Source of the DNA: Nitrosopumilus sp.
GTDB taxonomy: Archaea > Thermoproteota > Nitrososphaeria > Nitrososphaerales > Nitrosopumilaceae
NCBI GenBank assembly: GCA_965204345.1
Contig: OZ241981.1
Location: forward strand, 352,001 to 416,000
Reading direction: 5' to 3'
DNA: 64,000 nucleotides
In this document: in pieces, positions 9,672 to 19,873 of the stretch
Position numbering within the stretch: position 1 is the first letter of the stretch
Layout: the number at the start of each line of letters is the position of its first letter
Translations under genes and position numbers: made by a program
Notes under the pieces: model-generated
What the model saw: the letters and a program-made list of their open reading frames with translations, nothing else
Database searches by the model: none
What the model was told of the DNA's origin: nothing

Positions 9672-10022
9672 ATGGCAATATCCAAAGCCAAAAGAGCAGA
9701 GGCAGCTAAAAAGGCAGCAAGAACTCGAAAGAGAAATGCAGCTAAAAAGGCAGCTGAAGCACTAAAAGCAGCAGCAGCACGCAAGAGAAAGGCAGCGGCA
9801 ACTCGAAGGAAGAATGCAGGCAAAAAAGCATCCGCTCCAAAGAGAAAGGCAGCAGCACCAAAACGCAAGGCCGCTCCAAAGAGAAAGGCAGCAGCACCAA
9901 AACGCAAGGCCGCTCCAAAGAGAAAAACTGCAGCTAAGAAAAAAACAGCTCCAAAGAGAAAGGCAGCAGCACCAAAACGCAAGGCCGCTCCAAAGAGAAA
10001 GGCAGCTAAACGTCGACGTTAA
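9672..10022 (+). CDS. Lys/Ala/Arg-rich histone-H1-like basic protein
   Basis: MAISKAKRAEAAKKAARTRKRN...(APKRKA)n; only 2 acidic residues; ATG at 9672. Confidence 0.75.
   Translation: MAISKAKRAEAAKKAARTRKRNAAKKAAEALKAAAARKRKAAATRRKNAGKKASAPKRKAAAPKRKAAPKRKAAAPKRKAAPKRKTAAKKKTAPKRKAAAPKRKAAPKRKAAKRRR
9834..10005 (+). repeat. 39-nt coding repeat (APKRKAAAPKRKA), three full copies plus partials
   Basis: gctccaaagagaaaggcagcagcaccaaaacgcaaggcc at 9834, 9873 and 9948; partials at 9912 and 9987. Confidence 0.9.
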
Positions 10023-10066
10023 GCTGCCTATGCCATATTTTTTCTAAATTACCCCTAGAATATGCT

Positions 10067-10094
10067 ATATTTCTAAATTCGAATTTAGAAATAT
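10067..10094. repeat. Dispersed palindrome, copy 4 (perfect 28 bp) between convergent genes
   Basis: ATATTTCTAAATTC|GAATTTAGAAATAT. Confidence 0.9.
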
Positions 10095-10103
10095 TCTGAA
10101 TTG

Positions 10104-10520
10104 TTATTCTGACATTCTTAATTCAGGCAGAACAAAAACCTTCTCTGGTTTTATCTTTAAAATAACCCTTTTTTCACCATCACGTCTGAAAGGATAACGC
10201 TGGCGGTCCATGTATTGCTGGGTCAGTTTGTCTGTATGAGCGTAATCATAATCGGGAATTAATTCTTTGACGGTTCCACGAATGGTAGTCATATCAAGAG
10301 GATTCTGTTCTGATACGACAGAGACTGCAACCCTGGGATCACGTAAAACATTTTTGTGTTTGACTCTTCCTTCAGCAGTATTTACCAAAATATGACCGTC
10401 CTCAAAATTGGCCCAAACAGGGGAGACTTGTGGAGAACCATCCTTCATTACAGTTGCAATAAAGACCAGATTTTTTTCAGAAAATAATTTTATAGCTTTT
10501 TCATCCATATCTTTCATCAC
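10104..10520 (-). CDS. PPOX-class F420-dependent oxidoreductase
   Basis: IATVMKDGSPQVSPVW...NTAEGRVKHKNVLRDPRVAVSV...IRG...RVILKIKP. Confidence 0.9.
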   Translation of the reverse strand: MMKDMDEKAIKLFSEKNLVFIATVMKDGSPQVSPVWANFEDGHILVNTAEGRVKHKNVLRDPRVAVSVVSEQNPLDMTTIRGTVKELIPDYDYAHTDKLTQQYMDRQRYPFRRDGEKRVILKIKPEKVFVLPELRMSE

Positions 10521-10745
10521 ATCAAACTGCAGAGTTGCTCAATCATTATAATAGTTTTAACTGCTTTTTTATTATCTTTTTCTTGCATTGCAGCAGAAAA
10601 ACCATATTCCATTTTGATCGCCTCCTAAGAGAGATCTTTTATTGGTTTAAGATCTTTTTCCTCTAGCTTAACACACGGATCAACTGCGCATGTTTTCCCA
10701 TTATCATGCAAGAACTGTCTTAGATCAAACACGGGAGTTTGACCA

Positions 10746-11249
10746 TTATTTTTTGCCCGAATTTTCAAATACATTTGTCATGGCACGGTTCATTATTTCC
10801 ATGACCAAATACTGGGAATACTCTGGTGATTTTTTCCCCTTGGTCCTTGAAGTTTTTGGTGTCAATCCTTTGAGGATTTTTTCAATTTTGTTTGAGGTGC
10901 TGTCTATAATTTTTGAATACTGGGATTCAAAATTGGCAGGGGTTTGAAAATCAAGCAGTTTTGTGGATGTCCCATAGAATTTTGTAATAGAGCCTCGGGA
11001 TTCCTCTATTCTCACAATTTCAATCAGGCCGGATTCTTTGAGAATCTCCAGGTGATGTCGGACAGTTGTCAGTGCTTTTTTGTGTCCTGTCTTTTTGAGT
11101 GCAGTAGTGATTTGGTCTGCAGACATTGCTTGTCGGTACAAAATTTCCATGACCTTTGCTCGCGCAGGGTCCTCTATTGCGCGTGCATGTTCAGTGCTTG
11201 TCGTAACAATACGGCTTACTTTGATTTGTTTTTCTAGCAGGGTAGACAT
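10746..11249 (-). CDS. ArsR-family winged-HTH transcriptional regulator
   Basis: AIEDPARAKVMEIL...TTVRHHLEILKESGLIEI...KFY; probable start MSTLL. Confidence 0.85.
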   Translation of the reverse strand: MSTLLEKQIKVSRIVTTSTEHARAIEDPARAKVMEILYRQAMSADQITTALKKTGHKKALTTVRHHLEILKESGLIEIVRIEESRGSITKFYGTSTKLLDFQTPANFESQYSKIIDSTSNKIEKILKGLTPKTSRTKGKKSPEYSQYLVMEIMNRAMTNVFENSGKK

Positions 11250-11616
11250 ACAAAGACACATTTCAGTATGATCTAAAAGATCCGAGTATCAGATTTTTTT
11301 GTCTAACCGCATTAATTTTTTTTCGTTTTTAAAAATTTCATAGCGCTGTGAAATTAATCGTTGCCACTACTAAAAAAATGATAATGTATTCAATATCATT
11401 AATACCACTATGATATTATTAGTATCACTATAATGAACATGGTACAGATAGCAATCATTTCGTAATGGTATAAGAAATGTCGTAAGATATCAAAAAAAGC
11501 ATGATGTCAAACAAATTCTCGGCAAAACAGCAGGGATAAGGCCATTTTGATAAATGATTAAAAATGAAATTCGAGTCAGACGCTAACTGCCAGTCAGCAA
11601 GGAATTAACAATACGC

Positions 11617-12441
11617 TCAAAGGGAATTTCCTGTAAGTTTCTCATAGGCAGCAACATAGCGTTGCGTCATCTTTGAAATAATTTCCTCAGGAATCAGCGG
11701 GGCAACAGGTTCCTTTCCTGCATCTCTAGCATCATCAAATTGTTTTTGATAGCCATTTGCAGTTAGCCAGTCACGCAGTAGCTGCTTATCGTAGGCCTCT
11801 TGTATTTTTCCAGCCTCAAAGGAATCCTTTGACCACAAACGATACTCGTCCGGACCAATAGAATCACCCAGAGTAATTTGCCCATCCAATAAACCAAACT
11901 CTAATTTTAAATCAGCCAAAATGAATCCGACATTATCAGCAATCCTAGCCATTTTTTGATAAATTTCAAGGGATGTTTTTTCCAGCCAACAGTATTGTTC
12001 TTCGGTAACTAAATTCATCTCCAAGGATTTTGTTTTGTTTATTGGAACATCATGTTCAGATTTAGTAGTGGGATCAAAGATGGGCATGGGTAGTTTTGCA
12101 GCCAAAGTAGTATCGGTTCCATCAGGAATTGTGACTGTGCCTTTTTTCCATCTGCTAACTAAACTTCCGTAAAAGTAGCCCCGAACTATACATTCTATTG
12201 GAAGCATTTTCATTTTTTTTACAACAATTTCAGTATCAGATTCCCGTCTGAGAAAATGATTTGGTACAGATAATTTGCTGAACCAAAATTCTGCAAACTT
12301 GCAAAGAATTTCACCCTTTCTAGGAATATCCTGCTTGAATTTTACATCATAAGCTGATACCCTGTCTGAGAATTTGAATAAAATTGTAGAATCACCCACA
12401 TCATAAAGATCCTTTACTTTACCGGAGGCAAGGAATTTCAA
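11617..12441 (-). CDS. purC: Phosphoribosylaminoimidazole-succinocarboxamide (SAICAR) synthase
   Basis: SGKVKDLY, FSDRVSAYD, PIECIVRGY, DPTTK, LADLKLEFG, DKQLLRDW. Confidence 0.97.
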   Translation of the reverse strand: MKFLASGKVKDLYDVGDSTILFKFSDRVSAYDVKFKQDIPRKGEILCKFAEFWFSKLSVPNHFLRRESDTEIVVKKMKMLPIECIVRGYFYGSLVSRWKKGTVTIPDGTDTTLAAKLPMPIFDPTTKSEHDVPINKTKSLEMNLVTEEQYCWLEKTSLEIYQKMARIADNVGFILADLKLEFGLLDGQITLGDSIGPDEYRLWSKDSFEAGKIQEAYDKQLLRDWLTANGYQKQFDDARDAGKEPVAPLIPEEIISKMTQRYVAAYEKLTGNSL

Positions 12442-12848
12442 GCAATTATGCCTATTTTTAATAGAATTTAACTGCTAGGAGGTTTGTCTATCAAGACAAG
12501 AGTCCGGGCATTTTTAAAAAAACAACTTCAAATTGGGAACTACCAGGACATGTTTTATTGAAAAAAGATCAAACTAGCCGGTTTTATGATAAATTGATTT
12601 GGGGATATCTCTGAATTGTACTTCTTCTTTGGGATTTTTTGATGATTGGATAATTTTTAAGAAAAATATCTCTCTTGTAGTTTGTTGGTAAATTCCAGCG
12701 ATCAGATCATCAGAATTTACCAGAACCTATTTCATGCGAGATATCTACAAAAGATCTAGTGTGAAAGAATTCAAGGCAAACAGTTTTTGATAATTCTGCC
12801 TTGCAATCTGAAAAACATTAAACATGACAACCACAAAATAAGATTAAA

Positions 12849-15323
12849 ATGAGTTCCATAATAGAGAATATCTCAAATTATACAGACATTGTGAGGCTAC
12901 ACATCAGCAAAAAGATAGATACAAACAAATCTGAATTAGAGCAATATTTCTCTAGTGCTCATCTATCCAAACTAATGGCATCCATGATGAACTATGATAG
13001 CAAAGAGATCAGTATTTTGGATCCTGGTGCAGGCATAGGATCCTTGTTTGTCGCATGCATTGAGGAGATAATTCATCAAGGATTACGACCAGAAAAAATC
13101 TCCGTAACGGCGTATGAAATCGACAAATCCTTGTTGGTTCATCTTAAAGAATCTCTAGAGCAGTGCAAAACGCTGTGTGAAAAAAATGATATTCAATTCT
13201 CAGCAAAACTAGTGAAAAAAGACTTTATCGCAGATACAACATTTAACTTGACAAACAGCACTGAAGAAAAATTCAGCCACATAATCATAAATCCGCCATA
13301 CAAAAAAATCAACACTTTTTCCAAGACGCATAAGATTCTAAGTGAATCTAATTTGACATCTACAAATTTGTATACTGCATTTGTTACATTATCAGAAAAA
13401 GTTTTGCACAAAAATGGAGAGATGGTTTTTATTTCCCCCAGAAGCTTTTGCAATGGCCCATATTTTCAATCGTTTAGAAAAAAATTTCTAGCATCAATGC
13501 ATCTGAAAAGAATTCACATATTCAATTCTAGATCATCGTCATTTAGAGACGATGACGTACTGCAAGAAAACGTCATAGTTCATGCAGTAAAAAACAAGAC
13601 AGTCAGCAACGTACTTGTCTCATCAAGTTCAGGTCCTGATGACAGAAATACCACTGTTAAAAGAATGAAAAAGGAATGTGTTGTACATCCTGATGATCCA
13701 CAGCATTTCATACACATAGTATCTGATGAAATTGGCACTCAAATTTCTAACAAAATGAGACAGTTAAAGTCCACATTAAGGGAATTGAACATGGATGTGT
13801 CCACAGGCAAGATCGTTGATTTTAGGATCAAAGATGCACTAAGGTACAATCAGGACCGCAGTACAGTTCCACTAGTCCGCCCTTTTAACCTTGTAAACGG
13901 TTCGATAACATTCCCGGTACAAAACAAAAAAGAAAACCATGTTGAAAAGACAAAAAAATCACGGGGTCTTTTAGTCAAAAATGGCAACTATGTTCTTGTA
14001 AAGCGATTTACTACAAAAGAAGAAAAAAAAAGAATAGTTGCATCCGTATGGCATGGTGCTGATTTTAATTTTGCAGAGGTAGGATTTGAAAATAGAACCA
14101 ATTATTTTCATAGGGATGGAAGTGGATTGGACAGAGACATTGCAAAGGGGTTGTCACTGTTTCTTAATTCAACTATTGTGGATATGTATTTTCGACAGTT
14201 TAATGGGCACACACAGGTCAATGCAACTGACCTGAGATATATCAGATATCCGACAAAAAGACAGTTAAAGACATTAGGCAGTAGTGTTACCAAGAAATAC
14301 CCCGAACAAAAGGAGATTGATTATTTAGTTGAAAGAGTTGTGTTTGAGATAAGTGAAAAATCAGGCAGAATTGATCCCATACCTGCAAAACAAAAGATTG
14401 ATGAGGCAATTAGTATTTTGAAACAACTGGGTTTTCCAAGGCAGCAACAAAATGATAGATCAGCTTTAACCTTACTGGCACTTTTGGATCTCAAACCGGA
14501 TGATTCATGGGAAAAATCCAAGGCACATTTAATTGGCATTACTCCAATGATGGGATTTTTTGAAAGAAGCTATGGCAAAAAATATGCCCCAAATAGCAGA
14601 GAGACAGTTAGGAGACAGTCTGTTCATCAGTTTTTGCAAGCTTCACTAGCTGTTGAAAATCCAGACAGACCAGACAGACCTCCAAATAGCGGCAAAACGG
14701 TGTATATGATTAATGAAAAATCTTTAAAGTTGATTCAAAGTTACGGTTCCAAAAAATGGAGAAAGAACTTGGCAAATTATAAAAAAATTATTCCCTCATT
14801 GAAGACTCAATATGCACAAGAACGTAAAAGGCAATTAATTCCACTTTGTCTGTCTGATGGAAAGCTGTTAGAATTGTCTGCGGGAGGACAAAACATTCTA
14901 GTCAAAAAGATATGCGATGACTTTGGTCCGTATTTTACTCCGGGTGGAACACTTCTTTATGTTGGGGATGCCAGAAAAAAATTCAGGTATTATGATAAGA
15001 AACGGCTAAAGGATTTTAACATAGTCATTGAACCCCATGGAAAGATACCTGATATAATGATCTTTTATCCTAAAAAAAATCATTTGGTTTTAATTGAGGC
15101 TGTAACTACTCACGGACCCATAGATCCTAAACGAAGACAAGAACTGGCCAGATTATTTTCAAAATCAAAGGCAGGATTGGTGTATGTTACAGCATTTTTA
15201 GACTTTCGTACGTTTAAAAAATATTTTGAACAGATTGCTTGGGAATCTGAGGTTTGGATTGCAGAGCATCCATCACACATGATTCATTTTAACGGTTCAA
15301 GGTTTTTAGAGTCAAATAATTAA
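12849..15323 (+). CDS. Fused gamma-class N6-adenine methyltransferase + BsuBI/PstI-family restriction endonuclease
   Basis: MTase motif I ILDPGAGIG and motif IV NPPY; FNGHTQVNATDLR near MTase end; C-terminal ~310 aa with YAPNSRETVRRQ, HGKIPD, LIEAVTTHGPID, IAWESEVW...HMIHFNG typical of R.BsuBI/R.PstI. Confidence 0.88.
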   Translation: MSSIIENISNYTDIVRLHISKKIDTNKSELEQYFSSAHLSKLMASMMNYDSKEISILDPGAGIGSLFVACIEEIIHQGLRPEKISVTAYEIDKSLLVHLKESLEQCKTLCEKNDIQFSAKLVKKDFIADTTFNLTNSTEEKFSHIIINPPYKKINTFSKTHKILSESNLTSTNLYTAFVTLSEKVLHKNGEMVFISPRSFCNGPYFQSFRKKFLASMHLKRIHIFNSRSSSFRDDDVLQENVIVHAVKNKTVSNVLVSSSSGPDDRNTTVKRMKKECVVHPDDPQHFIHIVSDEIGTQISNKMRQLKSTLRELNMDVSTGKIVDFRIKDALRYNQDRSTVPLVRPFNLVNGSITFPVQNKKENHVEKTKKSRGLLVKNGNYVLVKRFTTKEEKKRIVASVWHGADFNFAEVGFENRTNYFHRDGSGLDRDIAKGLSLFLNSTIVDMYFRQFNGHTQVNATDLRYIRYPTKRQLKTLGSSVTKKYPEQKEIDYLVERVVFEISEKSGRIDPIPAKQKIDEAISILKQLGFPRQQQNDRSALTLLALLDLKPDDSWEKSKAHLIGITPMMGFFERSYGKKYAPNSRETVRRQSVHQFLQASLAVENPDRPDRPPNSGKTVYMINEKSLKLIQSYGSKKWRKNLANYKKIIPSLKTQYAQERKRQLIPLCLSDGKLLELSAGGQNILVKKICDDFGPYFTPGGTLLYVGDARKKFRYYDKKRLKDFNIVIEPHGKIPDIMIFYPKKNHLVLIEAVTTHGPIDPKRRQELARLFSKSKAGLVYVTAFLDFRTFKKYFEQIAWESEVWIAEHPSHMIHFNGSRFLESNN

Positions 15324-16273
15324 AATTTCCAAATATGCCAATAGTTTGTAAAATGTTTCTTGATTGATTCATGTGTGTTCTCAACTTTGTCATTTTGTAG
15401 CACATTGCCGTCATTATCCATTGTTGCCACCTAAAGAAACTTCTTGTGCAGGACAATGTCCACAAGCATGCCTCTTCTTTGACCTGCTCTTAATCTGTTT
15501 CTTTGCAATATTCTTCTTTGGAGATGATGATGATGCTAATTTGACTGGCGATAAATGCCATTTTTCATATGAACTAACAGATTCATTGCCTATTTCCATT
15601 TATTTTATTTATTGAAATTAATGATTTTACGCCTAAATTTTGGTACTCTGATTCTTTCCTAGTTTAGTGCACGTGAAAAGATCTTAGGATTGAACAGTGT
15701 AAAAGTTTTGGACTGATTAACACAAATGTGGATTGCCCCACTCTAATGGATTTATAGTGCAAAGAAGATAAGTTGAGAGAATAAAATAAGTTGCGAAAAC
15801 ACCAATCCCAATTCCTACGATTTTTAATTTCTTCATGATAAAAAAAGAAGTGGAACTAATTAAGTTCATGCCATGCAACTACATGTGGACCCCACCACCA
15901 CCAACTAGGCCAAATATAAGAATTAGTTTCAGGATTGGTTCTGGGACATAAGTGTCACATGTATCTGATGAGCGAATTATTGCTTGTTCTCTGAATACAT
16001 CATTATCGCATCCATAGGCACTTACATCAAAGGCATAATCAATTGATGGGTTAGCAGACCATGTCACGTATTCTTAACAGTGTCCTCTGAGGAAGAAAAA
16101 GAAATGACAACTGGCAGGGATGAGTTATTTTTCAGACAGGTGTATTGCATCACCTGTATCAATGAAATTATCCCATGCTTGCTGATAAGGCAACGTATCA
16201 CATGATACGCAAATTGTATGTTAAATAATTTACAGGTAGCTGTATTTTGGAAGGAAAAAACATTGCCGCACAT

Positions 16274-16720
16274 TTATTCTCTGCTAAAAGAATACGAGGA
16301 TTGTACAAATCCCAAATGCCTGTAGAATTCATGCGCGTCCTTTCGCTGATTTCCAGATTCCAATCTGATTCTATGGCAGTTTTTTTCTTTTGCAAGAACA
16401 ATGCAAGAATTGACTAGTTTCTTGCCGATGCCGTGATTTTGATACTTTTCATCAACAACTAGCTCGGGAATATACATCTCCAAGGTATGTTGGTTTAATC
16501 TTGTCAAAAACATCACACTTGCCATGCCAACAATTTTTACATCGTCAAGTTCTGCAACAAAAACTGCCTTGTCTGAGTCCTTGAGATACTTTGTAACCAG
16601 CTTTCGAAACATCTCAACATCAGAGTCTTTTTGAGGAGCGGGTCGTCCAAGATCATATAACAGTCCAAGAAGAACAGGAATATCCCTCTGAGATGCTTTT
16701 CTGACTAGTACATTATCCAT
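16274..16720 (-). CDS. GNAT-family N-acetyltransferase
   Basis: LVVDEKYQNHGIGKKLV (motif A), RKDAHEFYRHLGF (motif B). Confidence 0.92.
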   Translation of the reverse strand: MDNVLVRKASQRDIPVLLGLLYDLGRPAPQKDSDVEMFRKLVTKYLKDSDKAVFVAELDDVKIVGMASVMFLTRLNQHTLEMYIPELVVDEKYQNHGIGKKLVNSCIVLAKEKNCHRIRLESGNQRKDAHEFYRHLGFVQSSYSFSRE

Positions 16721-16742
16721 GATGAAACAAAAACATGGTGAC

Positions 16743-16847
16743 TTAAGAATTAGATTCTCACAAACATGGCATTTGAGATGGATGTAGAGGTTGATCTAGT
16801 AGGGTATGACTTTTAAGAATTAGATTCTCACAAACATGGCATTTGAG
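16743..16847. repeat. 35-bp exact direct repeat flanking a 35-bp unique insert
   Basis: TTAAGAATTAGATTCTCACAAACATGGCATTTGAG at 16743-16777 and 16813-16847; insert ATGGATGTAGAGGTTGATCTAGTAGGGTATGACTT. Confidence 0.92.
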
Positions 16848-17000
16848 GGCATAAAAAATACCAAATTTGGAAATTAGGCTTTATTGTACAGGCAGTAATG
16901 TCATTTCAGGTACGGACATGGCCCGTCATAAGGCAAGAAACGAACAAAAATAACAGTAAAAAAAGTTATTCCTTATATCTTGCAAGGATTTTCCAAGATT

Positions 17001-17987
17001 ATGAGAATGCATGTTCTTACAGGCTTTTTGATCTTGTGTATGGCAACAGTATCTCAGGCAGATAATTTTGCAGATGCCATTGAATATCCATCATCACCAT
17101 CACCACCACCGCTAAAGCAGGTTCAGCAGGGGGCAATTCCTACAAATGTCATCTGCGCTGAGGGCCTCAAGATGGTATTAAAAGTATCAACTGGAGATCC
17201 TGCATGCGTAAAACCGTCAAGTGTGGAGCAGCTAATCAAGCGCGGTTGGGCAGAACACGTTTTGCCAGACGTTGATTCAAGTGCAACTCAAAATTCCGAA
17301 TTAATCACCGAGGGAAATTTTCAAGTCAGTACAAAGGATGTAATCTATGACGGAAATGCAGGATTTCTAGCAAATCCAATATCTAATGAGTCTCATCCGG
17401 GTGTGATACTGATTCACGAATGGTGGGGATTAAATGACAACATAAAACAGACTGCTGAAAAGCTAGCTTCCCAGGGATATGTCGTATTAGCAGTTGATCT
17501 TTTTGAAGGCAAGGTTGCAACAGATGCCCAAGCTGCAATGGACCTTACTAGAGCATTTGTACAGGAGGATGCAATCCTAAACATGAATAGTGCGGTAGAT
17601 TACTTGCAAACAACGCACAACGTGGATTCGGTTGGTTCTATTGGATGGTGCTTTGGGGGAAAACAATCCCTTGCCCTGGCACTAAACAATGACAACATGG
17701 ATGCTACAATAATTTACTATGGAAGAGTAGTTACAGAGCCAAAAGTATTATCATCAATAAGTTGGCCGGTACTAGGAATATTTGCAGAGCTAGATCAAGG
17801 AATTCCGCCTCAAACAGTCAATGAGTTTGAGGAGGCACTAAACGAGGCAGGAGTTACAAATGATATTTACATTTATTCTGGTGTGAATCACGCGTTTGCA
17901 AATCCAACAGGTGAGCGCTATGCACCACAAGAAGCAGACGATGCATGGAGCAAAACCCTGGAATTTTTAGAGGAAAATCTGAAATGA
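17001..17987 (+). CDS. Secreted dienelactone-hydrolase-family alpha/beta hydrolase with N-terminal Cys-containing thaumarchaeal domain
   Basis: Signal peptide; PPLKQ..CAEGL..PACVKP..LIKRGW domain; IHEWWGLN, GWCFGG nucleophile motif, HAFAN; start 17001 or 17007 uncertain. Confidence 0.88.
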   Translation: MRMHVLTGFLILCMATVSQADNFADAIEYPSSPSPPPLKQVQQGAIPTNVICAEGLKMVLKVSTGDPACVKPSSVEQLIKRGWAEHVLPDVDSSATQNSELITEGNFQVSTKDVIYDGNAGFLANPISNESHPGVILIHEWWGLNDNIKQTAEKLASQGYVVLAVDLFEGKVATDAQAAMDLTRAFVQEDAILNMNSAVDYLQTTHNVDSVGSIGWCFGGKQSLALALNNDNMDATIIYYGRVVTEPKVLSSISWPVLGIFAELDQGIPPQTVNEFEEALNEAGVTNDIYIYSGVNHAFANPTGERYAPQEADDAWSKTLEFLEENLK

Positions 17988-18109
17988 CAGCATGGATTCA
18001 GTTTCTTAGAAATCTGAGCCATTTTTGAGGAGCAAACTAGAACATCCAAACGATCCGGATTGACTTTCATCAGCCCATACATCTTCTCTGTCCAGGCAAG
18101 GTAGCAAAG

Positions 18110-19287
18110 CTAGATTGTTTGTTCTTGGAGTACTAGTGAACTTTGGATGTTTCTGAGTGTTGATATAAGAATAGGTCTTGACAATGAATGCCCATATTTT
18201 GAAATAATGTTGTAAATTCCAAGTGGTGAAACTAATCGTTCTAAAATATTTTTTTAGTTATTTTATGTCCTTCTGAATTATTTTCTTTATATTTTCTTTT
18301 TAATTCCATTTCTCTAATAAAAAATTCTCCCGATGTTTCATATCGTAAATAAAAATCAAAATTTTCTCTTAAATTTCTATATACATCCATTACGTTTTCT
18401 AATGATAATTCGGGTTCTATTCCTTGTTCTATTTTCCATTCATCATATATTTTATAATTTATAGAATTCCTTTCATAGTTAGACCATTTTGTTTTATTTC
18501 CGAATTTAACTTTGGTTACATCTGTTTCAATTAAAGATACCCAAGATAGATCACTATCAAAGTAGACTTCAAAGGGCTTATCAAAAATAATATTTCTGAA
18601 ATCAAATTTTTTTTGAAAAGAGACTTCTGTAAAATATGTGGTAGATTTAAACCTCGAATCTGAAAAATCTGCACCTTCTTCAAATAGGGTATTCTTAAAA
18701 ATGGTTTTTTCATTAAAATGTACCGATATGAAACTCACAAATTTATTAAATATTGTATCCGTAAAATCAACATAAAAAAAATTTGCATCTAAAAATGATG
18801 CACTTTGTATTTTTGAATTTTCAAAAAATGTATCTTTTTTAAAACTCACGTTATAAAATGCTGCATTATTTTCAATCATCACGTTTGAAAAATTTGCTTT
18901 TTTATGAAAAATGGCATTTATAAAACTAGCATCTTCACCAAAAACGGTATTAGAAAAATCTACTTCTTTCAAAAAAATACAGTTATCAAAAATTACATTG
19001 TTAAGAAATTTAGTATTAGAAAAATCAACTATGGTTGAAATTTCTTTATTTTTAAATTCTATGTCTGGGATTTTGTACCCTATACACAAAATTGGTATCT
19101 CATGTTCTATCGATTCTTCAATTTTCTGTTTGATTAGTTCAGTAATTTCTGTTTTATGATTATGAACATATTCTTCATCGTGAAATTTACATTTGCCGGA
19201 CTCTAATGCAGTTTCATCACAACTGAATATTTCAGGTGATTCTTTAACGTAATCTTGATATTTATGCCTATAATCACATGTTGTCAT
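18110..19287 (-). pseudogene. Pentapeptide-repeat membrane-associated protein, frameshifted and truncated
   Basis: C-x-FH N-terminus and many DFSxxxF repeats; ORF stops at 18241 right after an A7 run; the alternative frame continues NILERLVSPLGIYNIISKYGHSLSRPILI...* to 18110. Confidence 0.7.
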
Positions 19288-19873
19288 TTGACTCGTTATT
19301 TTTATTAGATTGTCTATTATACGGATTGTTTAAAATTGGATATTATGCAATAGTAAAATTATAAGAGAAATTTCCACATAGCAAAAACTAGTTCTTTCGA
19401 ATCTTGCATTATTATTCTAGCACTTGTTCCAAATAATTCTGTGTATTGGCTTCGTAACAACCCCCCCCCCCTTCCTCTTAAGAGATTTAATGTTCAAATC
19501 TTGGCAATTTGGGTTTCTTTGTTATTTACAATACAGTGATAAGTACAGTTCACGTTGATTCATCCTGATTATTCTTTGATCAGCATCATGCCTTCTTGAG
19601 AAACAGTTTCAAGTAATTTTGACAATACATACCATAAATCACAGATTTAGGAAATCTCTGGTTACACTTTGAAATTTTCTGATGATTAAAACTATGTAAT
19701 TTTTAAGAAAACCATCTCTTGCAATCTAGATGATATTCTGCTTGAAAAATATCGGTAAATGAGACTTGCTAAGTTCTAGTTCCTTTAACTATGGAGCTTC
19801 GGGATTATATTATCACTTTACACCATAACCCATTCACTTCATGTTAAGAGTGGAGATCTAGAATATTAATGAG

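Noticed and set aside
9599-9982. 127-aa minus-strand hydrophobic ORF
   Set aside because: Antisense shadow of the K/A/R-rich repeat gene.
15364-16273. Several 40-80 aa ORFs downstream of the fused R-M gene
   Set aside because: Short, partly overlapping and without motifs; probably remnants or spurious.
16743-16847. Calling the 35-bp repeat pairs bona fide CRISPR arrays
   Set aside because: Only two repeats each, different sequences at the two loci, and no leader or cas genes in the window; reported as repeats and a hypothesis instead.
19461-19471. C11 homopolymer (and C10 near 56900) as phase-variation switches
   Set aside because: Not inside a supported gene or at an evident promoter position.
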